In this document: positions 7,565-17,218 of the stretch, in pieces
Layout of the letters: every line of letters starts with the position of its first letter
Numbering within the stretch: position 1 is the stretch's first letter
Notes under the pieces: generated by a model
Told to the model about the DNA's origin: nothing
Database searches by the model: none
The model's input: the letters and a program-made list of their open reading frames with translations, nothing else
Made by a program: the position numbers and the translations under genes
Source: a virus
IMG/VR virus record: IMGVR_UViG_3300020474_000993
Length of the DNA: 64,000 nucleotides
Reading direction: 5' to 3' (one strand)

Positions 7565-9906
7565 TGCCAAACAATAAAATGAAAACAAGATATCCAACTT
7601 TTGCTTGGTGGCAGGGTATTGTTGAAGATAGAAATGACCCAGAAAAATTTGGTAGATATAAAGTTCGTATTATAGGATATCATACACTGGATAAAGCAGT
7701 TCTTCCTACTTCATCTTTGCCATGGTCAATTCCAATGCAACCAGTTACTTCTGCTGCTATATCTGGTGTCGGTGAATCGCCCACTGGATTGGTGGAAGGT
7801 TCTGCTGTTATTGGATTCTTTGTTGATGGTGAAGACGGACAGATTCCAGTTATCATGGGTTCTTTTGGAGTCCAAGATAATGTACCCACCCAACCAGACG
7901 GAAAAACTCCTCAAACTGCTGAGTCATTATCAGAAAGAGGATTCTATGACCCAAATGGTAAGTACCCACGCAGAAAACAATTAAAGATATCAGAGGATGA
8001 AAGTCTACTAGATAAAGTCAAGGGAATGGTTAGTGATGGTCTTGGTGGTGTATTAGACTCAGAGGGCAATAAACTTACCGAAGCAGCTGAAGGTGTAGAA
8101 GCCGTTGATGTAGGTAAAAATATATTAGAAGAAGCATCTTCATCCAGACTTGCGAGAGGGACAGAATCTTCTGAAAGTCATTACTCCCTCAAGGCTAAAC
8201 GAGATTCAAGAACAAAACAAATACCTAGAGGGTTTGCATCTAAAATATCTGGGTGGAACAATAAAGAACTTCCATTTGAACACGATGAAAGTAAGAGTCT
8301 TAAAGATTTTATTGAAGGTGTTGGTAATGTTGTTACCAACCAATCCGATACAGATGAAAAAGATGATGGTAAAATTGTAGTTCAGCCAGGCATATACAAA
8401 CCAACATTTTGGGATGAACCACATCCACAAGGTTCTGAAACTTCTGCATCACAATATCCATACAATCATGTAAAAGAAACAGAAAGTGGACATGTGTTTG
8501 AAGTTGATGATACGCCAGGCGCTGAAAGAATTCATGAGTTTCATACTGCTGGAACATTCAGAGAAGTTCAACCAGATGGAACTAAAGTAGAAAAAATAGT
8601 TGGTGACGATTATGTCATTGATTTAAAAAACAGACTCATGTATGTCAATGGAGACTTTGACATGATGGTAGAGGGTGATTATAACCTTAATGTTAAAGGT
8701 AACAAATACGAACACATATCTGGACACTCTTATAATACGGTCAAGGGAAACAGACTGAATAAAATTCAAGGACATGAATTAGTTGATACACAGAGTTCAT
8801 ACTTGTTAATGACTGCTGGTAACTTCAATTGTCAAGTAGGACAATCTGATAAAGATAGTAAAAAAATTGCTAATTATAGACTGCGTGTTTTAGGAGAACA
8901 CAACACAACAGTTCAAGGTAAACAGAAAGTTATGAATAGACAGGATTATAAACATACTGTCTCTGGAGATTTTACAGTAGCTACGACTATTAGGAAAAGT
9001 CTTGACCCAACTGCCGCCGTAGATGCTGCTATTGAAGGTGCAGCTCCAAGTTTAGATGCGATAATTTCGGGTGGTTCAATCAAATTACAAGCTGTCAAGA
9101 ACATTGAAGTTAACGCCAAAGCAGATGGTGTACCAAAAGTGCCAGGCGTTCCTCTTGGTAGTTCAGTTAACATTGTTGGTGATAGAATTAATACTACCGC
9201 GAGAATAGACTATGTTGAAAGAATTGGTGGAACCCCAGGCCCAATTCCCACACCATTGACTGGCCCGCCAGATTTCCCACCAGTACTTCAAACAATAGAC
9301 TCTTATGGTAAAAAATACTCTTTCCATATTGGTCTGACTGCTGGTATGTCAAGGGTTGTATTGTCTTCTCCAAAAGGGCCAATTGTTGATGGTCTTGTTC
9401 CAACTTTCTCAGTACCTACAATCGAAAATAAAGTTATCGGTGTTGGTACAATTGTTGACTTTGTTGATGGTGCTGGACAGATAGACCAATTGATAACTGG
9501 TGTTGGTAATATCAACCAAGCAGTTGGTGGTGCTGGAACGATAAACCAGAACATAACATCTGCAACCACTCTTGCTATGGCTGGTGGTATAAATCCATTA
9601 CCTTCTATCGGGCCTATTATTGATGGTACAAGTTCTCGACTAATGTCGCCTGCTTCTATCCTTGATACAACAATTGGTGCATACCTCAGTACTGTAGCAT
9701 TGACAACAACATTTGCTTCTACTGGTAATGTCCTAATAGGTGCGCCTACGGTTATGGTTACGGCAGCTGCTACTACCATGTCTGGTACTCTTACTGTTAC
9801 TGGATTGGTTACTGGTGGTGCTACCGTACTTCAGACTCATATTCATAACACTCCTGTTACTGGTGGGTCTTCTGCTGGTACATATCCAACGACACCACCG
9901 ACTTAA
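7564..9906 (+). CDS. gp5: Central spike gp5 (OB-fold + beta-helix), no lysozyme domain, HxH apex
   Basis: WWQGIVEDRNDP..GRYKVRIIGYH, LPW, GFFVDG, YPYNHVKETESGHVFEVDDTPGAERIHEFH; start moved to ATG 7564 overlapping the upstream stop. Confidence 0.92.
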   Translation: MPNNKMKTRYPTFAWWQGIVEDRNDPEKFGRYKVRIIGYHTLDKAVLPTSSLPWSIPMQPVTSAAISGVGESPTGLVEGSAVIGFFVDGEDGQIPVIMGSFGVQDNVPTQPDGKTPQTAESLSERGFYDPNGKYPRRKQLKISEDESLLDKVKGMVSDGLGGVLDSEGNKLTEAAEGVEAVDVGKNILEEASSSRLARGTESSESHYSLKAKRDSRTKQIPRGFASKISGWNNKELPFEHDESKSLKDFIEGVGNVVTNQSDTDEKDDGKIVVQPGIYKPTFWDEPHPQGSETSASQYPYNHVKETESGHVFEVDDTPGAERIHEFHTAGTFREVQPDGTKVEKIVGDDYVIDLKNRLMYVNGDFDMMVEGDYNLNVKGNKYEHISGHSYNTVKGNRLNKIQGHELVDTQSSYLLMTAGNFNCQVGQSDKDSKKIANYRLRVLGEHNTTVQGKQKVMNRQDYKHTVSGDFTVATTIRKSLDPTAAVDAAIEGAAPSLDAIISGGSIKLQAVKNIEVNAKADGVPKVPGVPLGSSVNIVGDRINTTARIDYVERIGGTPGPIPTPLTGPPDFPPVLQTIDSYGKKYSFHIGLTAGMSRVVLSSPKGPIVDGLVPTFSVPTIENKVIGVGTIVDFVDGAGQIDQLITGVGNINQAVGGAGTINQNITSATTLAMAGGINPLPSIGPIIDGTSSRLMSPASILDTTIGAYLSTVALTTTFASTGNVLIGAPTVMVTAAATTMSGTLTVTGLVTGGATVLQTHIHNTPVTGGSSAGTYPTTPPT

Positions 9907-9917
9907 TGGAGAAATAA

Positions 9918-10538
9918 ATGAGTTGTAAAGGAATAGGAAAAGCGTTTAGTGAACTTGCTGGAGGAATCGATGAGATTTCAGCAAAGTTTGACACCGTTAT
10001 TGATGAACTTGCGGATGGTGTTGCGGATAGTATAGGACTAACAGCGGCCAAAGTCAAGTTTGACCTTATGCTTGTCGAAATAGAGGCAGCTTTCCAAAAA
10101 GAATTTCCCAACCTAGAATCATTTTTTGAACAGTTAAAAGAGGGAATACCTTTATCACAAGAACTTGAAACCATTATGAATCTTGGCGCTCAATCAGTAG
10201 CAGCCTTGGATAAAATAAATGAGTTGAAAGCAAAATATGGAAGTGACTCAGTAGTAGATGATATTCTAAATGACCCCGCTGGATTTATTGAGGGGTTGGG
10301 GGGTGACTTAGAAGCTCTTTGTGAAGCAATGCCTAATTATGAAAAGGCAAAAGATGGAACAATTAAAGTCAAGGCAGCTAAATTTAATTTTGATGGAGCA
10401 GAAATAGATGTCGAGGAAATATTGAGTGAGGGTCTTTCGCCAACAATACGAAGGCTCAAAGATTCTCTCAAAAACTTAACTGTAACTTTTGAATCGGCTT
10501 CTGTAATGGATAAAGATTTAGCAAACCCATATTCGTAA
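9918..10538 (+). CDS. Hypothetical protein (helical, probably baseplate-associated)
   Basis: 206 aa ORF with GGAGA SD between gp5 and gp25. Confidence 0.6.
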   Translation: MSCKGIGKAFSELAGGIDEISAKFDTVIDELADGVADSIGLTAAKVKFDLMLVEIEAAFQKEFPNLESFFEQLKEGIPLSQELETIMNLGAQSVAALDKINELKAKYGSDSVVDDILNDPAGFIEGLGGDLEALCEAMPNYEKAKDGTIKVKAAKFNFDGAEIDVEEILSEGLSPTIRRLKDSLKNLTVTFESASVMDKDLANPYS

Positions 10539-10543
10539 AGTAT

Positions 10544-10551
10544 TATAAATA
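10544..10551 (+). promoter_or_regulatory. Late promoter TATAAATA for gp25
   Basis: Exact consensus, 5 nt before ATG. Confidence 0.8.
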
Positions 10552-10556
10552 GTAAA

Positions 10557-10952
10557 ATGATTAAGAAACCCAATACAATATATAAAGATTTCGATTTGGG
10601 ATTTACAAAAAACCCAAATACAAAGGATGTTGCTCGTAGGGTAGATGTTTCAGCGGTTAAACAAGCACTAAAATCACTGTTGATGACTCAGTATTATGAA
10701 AAACCATTTAGGCCTGGTTATGGGTCTCCGATTAGAGGATTGTTGTTTCAACCAATTGATATAGTAACAGGAACTACCATTGCAACTGAAATAAAACGGT
10801 GCATACAGAACTTTGAAAAAAGAGTTGTAGTAGAGGATGTTGAAGTTTATCCAGAAGTTGACCAGAACGCATTTAGATGTAAAATCTTCTTTCATGTAAG
10901 AGGTATAACAAACATTCAAGAACTTGGGATAGTATTAGAGAGGGTAAGATAG
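10557..10952 (+). CDS. gp25: Baseplate wedge subunit
   Basis: YKDFDLGF..NP, EKPFRPGYGS..LLF, FEKRV, LERVR. Confidence 0.93.
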   Translation: MIKKPNTIYKDFDLGFTKNPNTKDVARRVDVSAVKQALKSLLMTQYYEKPFRPGYGSPIRGLLFQPIDIVTGTTIATEIKRCIQNFEKRVVVEDVEVYPEVDQNAFRCKIFFHVRGITNIQELGIVLERVR

Positions 10953-12886
10953 TGGCAGTTAAAAATGTAACAGAATTAGATTTTAATACAATAAAAGCAA
11001 ATCTAAAAACACACCTAAGAAATCAAACAGAGTTTCAAGATTATGATTTTGAAGCTTCTGGTATATCTGCTTTGGTAGATTTGTTGGCATATAACACACA
11101 CTATAATGCTGTTCTTGCACACATGGTATCTAACGAATCATTCATTGATTCTGCTGTAAAAAGAAATTCTGTTGTATCTATTGCAAAGACTATGGGATAT
11201 GTTCCACGGTCTGCTCGTTCATCAAAAGCAACTCTTGATTTAACAATTATTCCAGATGATTCTTATATTGCAACTAGTTTAACTCTCTCAAAAGAGAAAA
11301 TTTTTACTTCCAGTGTAAATGGAAGAACCTACAATTTCTTACCAGAAAAAGATTATAGTGTTGACAAAAGCATAGTCAATGGTGTATCAGCCTTTAGGTA
11401 TACTGATATTGTTCTTGTAGAAGGAACTAGGGCAAATACATCTGAAGTCATTAGTACTACCAACAGGTCTGGCCCAATAGTATTATCAAACGATAATGTT
11501 GATACTACAACACTTACTGTAAAAGTACAAAATTCTACAACGAATCTAAATGCTACTACTTACGCTCAATCAGAAACAATAACAACAGCTAAATCAACTT
11601 CAGCAATATATTACCTTGAAGAACGAACAGATGGTTACTATCAAGTTGTGTTTGGTGATGGTGTTCTTGGTAAACAATTGGATGTAGGAAACATTGTTGT
11701 GTGTGAATATATAATTTCAAATGCTACTTTAGGAAATGGTGCTAGAGTTTTTTCTACACCCACTAATATTACAGGGCCAGGCGAATCAATAACAGGACAA
11801 ACAAAAACTGCTGCTAGTGGTGGATTTGAGTTAGAGACTACAAGTAGTATTCGATTCAACGCACCGCGATTTAACTCCGCGAAAGGTAGAGTTGTGACAG
11901 CTACTGACTACGAAACAGCAATCAAACAATCCAACCCCAATATCAAATCTGTTACTGTGTGGGGTGGGGAAGATAATGTGCCGCCAGTTTATGGAAGAGT
12001 TTATATATCTTTACAACCTCAAACTGGGTTTGTTATAACAGAAACAGAAAAAGATGATTTGGTAAAGAATGTTATTAATCCTAAATTACCAGTATCGTTG
12101 GTTTCTGAGTTTGTTGATTCCGAACAGTTGTTTATTGGGTTTAATATTGCGGTAACCTATGACCCGAAATTAACTACAAAAAGTGCAGATGCAATCAAAA
12201 CAGACCTATTGGCACAAATTACAACTCACTTTGATACTAATGTTAATGAATTGAAAAAGAATTTTTTCTTCTCCAAACTTAGTAAAGAACTTGATGGGAT
12301 TAATGATGCTATTGTAGGTAATAATATTGAAATGCGGTTGATGAAAAAAATCCAACCTAGTTTGGGAACACCTACAAGATATGAGTTGAAATACAACAAC
12401 AAATTGTTAGCTAGTTCTGTTAGGACTAATTATTTTATTGTTAATATCAATGGTTCTCAAGACGAAGTTTATATAACAGACAGGCCTGACGAAACATTTA
12501 CTGCTTCACAACAATATAATGGTCAAAGATTTAACCTTGCAAAAGGTGACTTAATTTTAAAAACGAAAGCAACCAATACTGTTATAGGTGGAACTGTAGG
12601 AACAGTTGATTATGACACAGGTTCACTGGACATAACATCTTTAAGGGTCGATTCAATAAGTGGAACAGGTAACGATAGTATTAGAGTTTATATAACTCCA
12701 CATGAAAGTGCAAAAAATATTTCAACAGATGACTTAATTCGTGCTACAGAAGAACAGAGTTATGCTGTTACAGCATTACCAGCTAGAAACATAATACTTT
12801 CCCTTGATGACTCTCAAATAGATACAACCAACAATGTTAAACAGGGTGTTGCTGTTACTATGATATCAAGGGTACAGGATGACTGA
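10952..12886 (+). CDS. gp6: Baseplate wedge subunit
   Basis: ELDFNTIKANL, FQDYDFEASG, LLAYNTHYNA, FGDGVLGK, RVVTATDY, WGGEDNVPPVYG. Confidence 0.95.
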   Translation: MAVKNVTELDFNTIKANLKTHLRNQTEFQDYDFEASGISALVDLLAYNTHYNAVLAHMVSNESFIDSAVKRNSVVSIAKTMGYVPRSARSSKATLDLTIIPDDSYIATSLTLSKEKIFTSSVNGRTYNFLPEKDYSVDKSIVNGVSAFRYTDIVLVEGTRANTSEVISTTNRSGPIVLSNDNVDTTTLTVKVQNSTTNLNATTYAQSETITTAKSTSAIYYLEERTDGYYQVVFGDGVLGKQLDVGNIVVCEYIISNATLGNGARVFSTPTNITGPGESITGQTKTAASGGFELETTSSIRFNAPRFNSAKGRVVTATDYETAIKQSNPNIKSVTVWGGEDNVPPVYGRVYISLQPQTGFVITETEKDDLVKNVINPKLPVSLVSEFVDSEQLFIGFNIAVTYDPKLTTKSADAIKTDLLAQITTHFDTNVNELKKNFFFSKLSKELDGINDAIVGNNIEMRLMKKIQPSLGTPTRYELKYNNKLLASSVRTNYFIVNINGSQDEVYITDRPDETFTASQQYNGQRFNLAKGDLILKTKATNTVIGGTVGTVDYDTGSLDITSLRVDSISGTGNDSIRVYITPHESAKNISTDDLIRATEEQSYAVTALPARNIILSLDDSQIDTTNNVKQGVAVTMISRVQDD

Positions 12887-15800
12887 TAGAATACCATCAT
12901 ATCTTGAGTACATAAAAAATATCGCCATAACCAGTGGCGGTGTTGACTATGGCTCAAATATAACAGTAAAAATTAGTGCTCCAACTGGAGACAACCCAAT
13001 ACAAGCAACTGCTACTGCTGTTATAGGTGATATAGGAACTGGTGTTATTACCGCTATTAATATAACAGAAGCTGGTGATGGATACCAAGGTACTCCAACT
13101 GCTGTAATCCAAGGTGGTGCTACCGCCGTAACATTAACATCTGGCCACGAATCTACTGGCCTTGACGCTGGAACATATTCTGCTGTTACACCCACTTCCA
13201 CGAGCGGTGATGGTAGTTTAGCTAAATTTGATATAGTCATTGACTCTAATGGCGATGTTACATCTATAACTCCAGACGATAAAGGAAATCAATTTACCCT
13301 AGATGATACTATATCATTCTCGCCAACTTCTCTTGGTGGTGTTGGTACAGAAAAAACTATAGTAGCTACTGTCACGCGAATCGAAGGTGGCCGCAATGCT
13401 GTACTCACAGTAGAAGTAGATAAAATATCAAAATCTGACACATACGCTCAACCTAAAATTTCAAAACAGGTTGGGAACCAACTACCAGAGTTTATTAGAA
13501 ACGACCATACTCTTTTTGTAACTTTTGTTGAAAAGTATTATGAGTTCATGGAACAGACTAATACAACGGATGTAACAAAACATGGCCCATTAAAAGTACT
13601 ACAGGATTTTTTACACAAACTAGATGTAGATTTTAATGATGATGGAAGTATAAACACAGATGATAACTTTCTTAAAGAATTTTACAAAGACTATGCAAAA
13701 GACTTACCAATCGGTCAGAGTGCAAAACTAAGTCTAGTTTTAAAACGCATTAATGATTTTTACACTGCTAAAGGTAGTGCAGAAGCAATCAAACTTTTAT
13801 TTAGAATACTTTATAACGAAGAAGTTACTATATTTAATGCACAAGAATTTGTTCTTAGACCTTCATCTAGTAAGTGGCAACAAGATTATGTTGTCAAGGT
13901 TTATGAAAGAGGGACATATATTAATGCTACTACAGCAGACTATGACCCACAGGATTTTGTAGGTCAACAAGTAGACCTTCATTATTACCAATCAACTGGT
14001 TCAGTTACCAACTCTTTTACTAAAAGAGCAAGTGTTCAATCAGTTAAGAAAATTGCTTATACAAATCCACAAGCATACGAATTAGTTTTAACAGGTATAG
14101 ATAATACCTTTTCATTGCCTGGCGGTGGTGCTGCCAGTGTGTCACTTGATGAAATATTACAACCAGAAATTGCTGGTGATATAGGAACAATTGTAGGGAC
14201 AGGAAGTGGTGGTGCTTATGCAACCCCAGATGCTTCAGTGGTTGATGGTACATACGCGATAGGTTCTTCTGATTATACTTCTTATATTGATGTTCCTTAT
14301 TCAACTAATCTTGCTGTAACAAAAGGTAGTTATATAAAAACAGCTGGAAATAGAATATATCTTGCTGTAAATAGTGGAACAACTAATAATACTGGAACTG
14401 GCCCAACCCATGAGTCGGGCGAACAGACAGATGGTAGTGTAAAATTTAGATTTATTCAACTGACAACTTCCACAGGACATTATAGTACAGGAAGTTCTGG
14501 TGCTACATTTAGTGTTGTTCTTTCTGGTAATGCAGTATCTAGTGTCACGGTTACAAATGATGGTACAGACTACTATCCAAATGAAGTTATAGAAATTCCT
14601 TCATCAAAGTTTGGTGGTACAGGGACAGGCGTATTAATCAAAGTTGACACCATTACTAATGGTAAAATTAAAAAAGCAATTATTATAGATGGTGGTTCTG
14701 GATTTGCTGCTAATCCAGATGTAATTGTATCTCCAAATTCTTTAGACACAATTACAACTACTGCTCTTTTAGAAACAAGAGTTAATAATGGTGTTATATC
14801 AGATATAATATTTACTAATAATACAGATGGTGTTGGATATAATAATTTACCAAGTTTAAGAATATCTATAGGATTAACTCTTAGTTTTGTAAGTTTGGCT
14901 GGTGAAACTTTCCCTGCTTCTGGCACAGATGTTTTTGCCGCTATGAAGGGTATTGTTACCAGAGTGTTAAACACTGCTAAATTTAACTCAATTAAATCTG
15001 GGTCAAGTGCAACCGCTGGTGGATTTAAGATTGGTGACTCATATGTTATCAATGAAACTGGTGGCATTCTAGGTATATACGCTAACGATTATTTCTTAGA
15101 AGACTATACACTAACTGGTATATCCAATAACGCTTATGTTAGAATTACTTCACTTGATAGTAATGGATACCCTGCTACATTTGAAGTACTTGCTGTAGGA
15201 CAAGGATTTAATAGAGAAGATTTTCAAGTAGAGTTATCATCTCCTACAGGTAATATTGCTACAGTTGATTTCAAGACAGGATATAATGCTGTTCTAGGTG
15301 GTGTTGCTGGAGATGCTGGCGGATTCTTATCGGATGCTAATAGACTATTCGATAACCAAGTTTATCAACCCTTTGCATATCAAATTCAATCAGAATTACA
15401 AGCAAAAGAGTGGAAAGAATATGTTAAACGGTCTGCTCACCCAGCTGGATTTGCATTATTTGGTGACTTACAAATTAAACAGGATATTGATTTCTCTACT
15501 GGATTTACGGTTGAGACAGATGTCTACATGTTCTTTGTATATCCAGACATAGAAGAATTGACAGTAGAAGAAACAGTTGTCAAAACAATCAACATTGCAG
15601 AAGCTGGGCCTGACGAAATATTCCCAGGCGATGCAATCAATTCATTTGATGTAGGAATTGCTTCTGCTGATTCAGTTGGTGCTTCAGACGAAGATGGCCC
15701 ATATACATACACAGGGTCAAATATTAGAAGTTACTATGCTACCTCAGATGGAACCGAAACTGGTGACCCATATTTTGTGTTACATGGAACTGCTTCAGAT

Positions 15801-16682
15801 GACTATGTTGAACGATTCGCAACTGGTGACTACTTCTTAAACGATAGTGGCGCATATGTAGAACTCGGTAATCCGCAAAAACTCATGACGCTGAACTTCA
15901 ATTCTGCTGATACTGGTGAGTACGCGACAGATTACTTTGCTAACGATTCTGGTAGGTATACAGTTCTTATCGCAGACGATGCTGAAAGAAGTACAGAATT
16001 CTTCTTTGCTGCTGATGTATTAACTAATTTAGTAGTAGAAATAAACAGTACTACGGATACCGTAGAAATGGGTGAGTCTGTATTGATATCATTCGTATTC
16101 TTCAGAGAACCGAGTGATACATTTACAACCCAAGATGCTACGGTTGTAGAAGCTCAACCTAGACCAACCGATACATTTGATATCGCTGATGCGATTAATA
16201 AGTTTGATATCGGAGTCAACCCATCTGATACACTAAATGTTGATGAGTCAACAGCATTTGATGTAACTGCTGGTAGAACTGACACATTTACAAGTGATGA
16301 TACATTATCAATACAACCACAACTAATTGCTACTGATACAAACCTTATACAAGACGCACCATCTTTAGAATGGGGTGGGTCAGCAGCAGATACTTTTGTT
16401 ATCGCTGATGCGGTAAACAAACTTGATATTGGAGTTAACCCATCTGACACTAACAATGTGGCTGACAGTATAAATAAATTTGATATAACAACTGTATCTA
16501 CAGATACTTCAAATACAGCAGATGCACTTACTAAACTAGATGTAGAAATAGACCTTACAGGGTCTTCCGTAGACGAAGATGTGGCCATAGGAGATAGTGG
16601 AAGTCTCATATCACAATCATATACAGTCGATTTAACTTACTTTGCCGGAGATTATGTTGCCGATACGGTAGTAAGTTTTTAA
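12879..16682 (+). CDS. gp7: Baseplate wedge initiator gp7-like with inserted domains and acidic C-terminal repeats
   Basis: QLPEFI..FVEKYYEFME, FYTAKGS..LLFRILYNE, YQPFAYQI..HPAGF; follows gp6. Confidence 0.7.
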   Translation: MTDRIPSYLEYIKNIAITSGGVDYGSNITVKISAPTGDNPIQATATAVIGDIGTGVITAINITEAGDGYQGTPTAVIQGGATAVTLTSGHESTGLDAGTYSAVTPTSTSGDGSLAKFDIVIDSNGDVTSITPDDKGNQFTLDDTISFSPTSLGGVGTEKTIVATVTRIEGGRNAVLTVEVDKISKSDTYAQPKISKQVGNQLPEFIRNDHTLFVTFVEKYYEFMEQTNTTDVTKHGPLKVLQDFLHKLDVDFNDDGSINTDDNFLKEFYKDYAKDLPIGQSAKLSLVLKRINDFYTAKGSAEAIKLLFRILYNEEVTIFNAQEFVLRPSSSKWQQDYVVKVYERGTYINATTADYDPQDFVGQQVDLHYYQSTGSVTNSFTKRASVQSVKKIAYTNPQAYELVLTGIDNTFSLPGGGAASVSLDEILQPEIAGDIGTIVGTGSGGAYATPDASVVDGTYAIGSSDYTSYIDVPYSTNLAVTKGSYIKTAGNRIYLAVNSGTTNNTGTGPTHESGEQTDGSVKFRFIQLTTSTGHYSTGSSGATFSVVLSGNAVSSVTVTNDGTDYYPNEVIEIPSSKFGGTGTGVLIKVDTITNGKIKKAIIIDGGSGFAANPDVIVSPNSLDTITTTALLETRVNNGVISDIIFTNNTDGVGYNNLPSLRISIGLTLSFVSLAGETFPASGTDVFAAMKGIVTRVLNTAKFNSIKSGSSATAGGFKIGDSYVINETGGILGIYANDYFLEDYTLTGISNNAYVRITSLDSNGYPATFEVLAVGQGFNREDFQVELSSPTGNIATVDFKTGYNAVLGGVAGDAGGFLSDANRLFDNQVYQPFAYQIQSELQAKEWKEYVKRSAHPAGFALFGDLQIKQDIDFSTGFTVETDVYMFFVYPDIEELTVEETVVKTINIAEAGPDEIFPGDAINSFDVGIASADSVGASDEDGPYTYTGSNIRSYYATSDGTETGDPYFVLHGTASDDYVERFATGDYFLNDSGAYVELGNPQKLMTLNFNSADTGEYATDYFANDSGRYTVLIADDAERSTEFFFAADVLTNLVVEINSTTDTVEMGESVLISFVFFREPSDTFTTQDATVVEAQPRPTDTFDIADAINKFDIGVNPSDTLNVDESTAFDVTAGRTDTFTSDDTLSIQPQLIATDTNLIQDAPSLEWGGSAADTFVIADAVNKLDIGVNPSDTNNVADSINKFDITTVSTDTSNTADALTKLDVEIDLTGSSVDEDVAIGDSGSLISQSYTVDLTYFAGDYVADTVVSF
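16100..16610 (+). repeat. Degenerate ~19-aa acidic coding repeats (e.g. DTFDIADAINKFDIGVNPS / DTFVIADAVNKLDIGVNPS)
   Basis: Visible in the protein; DNA at ~16170-16232 closely resembles ~16389-16451. Confidence 0.75.
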
Positions 16683-16699
16683 AAACTAATTCTAATTCT

Positions 16700-16707
16700 T
16701 ATAAATA
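16700..16707 (+). promoter_or_regulatory. Late promoter TATAAATA
   Basis: Exact consensus, intergenic. Confidence 0.8.
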
Positions 16708-16745
16708 GGAACGCAAGGCAATAACTAATTTTAGAGGAGATAACA

Positions 16746-17195
16746 ATGTTGCAAAAAAATGCCTTAGACGCCAAGGGTCGATTGACCGTTGAGCTGTTTG
16801 ATAAAGAGGGGACTCTATTAGAGTCACAAGAAATAAAAAATGTCGTTGTAAATAACGGTCTTAATTATATCGCATCTCGTATGAAGGATGCTACTGCCAC
16901 TGCAATGTCACATATGGCAATCGGTTCAGATAATACTGCTGCCGCTGCTGGTAACACTGCATTAGGTACAGAACTTGGTAGGGTCGCTTTGACTTCCACT
17001 ACTGTTACTTCAAACTCAGTTGCTTATGTTGGGGACTTCCCCGCTGGTACTGGTACTGGAGCAGTTGTAGAAGCAGCTATCTTAAATGCTAGTTCGGGTG
17101 GAACACTACTTTGTAGGACTGTATTCAGCGTGGTAAACAAAGCCGCTGCCGATACACTAAAAATCACTTGGACGGTTACTGTATCTGACTCCTAA
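16746..17195 (+). CDS. Virion structural protein (tail-collar/fibre-base-like)
   Basis: NVVVNNG, HMAIGS, ALGTELGR, FPAGTGTG..EAAI, LKITWTVT pattern common in phage fibre-attachment proteins. Confidence 0.65.
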   Translation: MLQKNALDAKGRLTVELFDKEGTLLESQEIKNVVVNNGLNYIASRMKDATATAMSHMAIGSDNTAAAAGNTALGTELGRVALTSTTVTSNSVAYVGDFPAGTGTGAVVEAAILNASSGGTLLCRTVFSVVNKAAADTLKITWTVTVSDS

Positions 17196-17218
17196 GAGTT
17201 AAACTAAGGAGTTAGTAC

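Noticed and set aside
16100-16610. Repeats considered as a CRISPR array or DGR template/variable pair
   Set aside because: Degenerate, in-frame coding repeats differing mainly at synonymous sites, no unique spacers, no adenine-specific pattern, no cas or RT gene in the window
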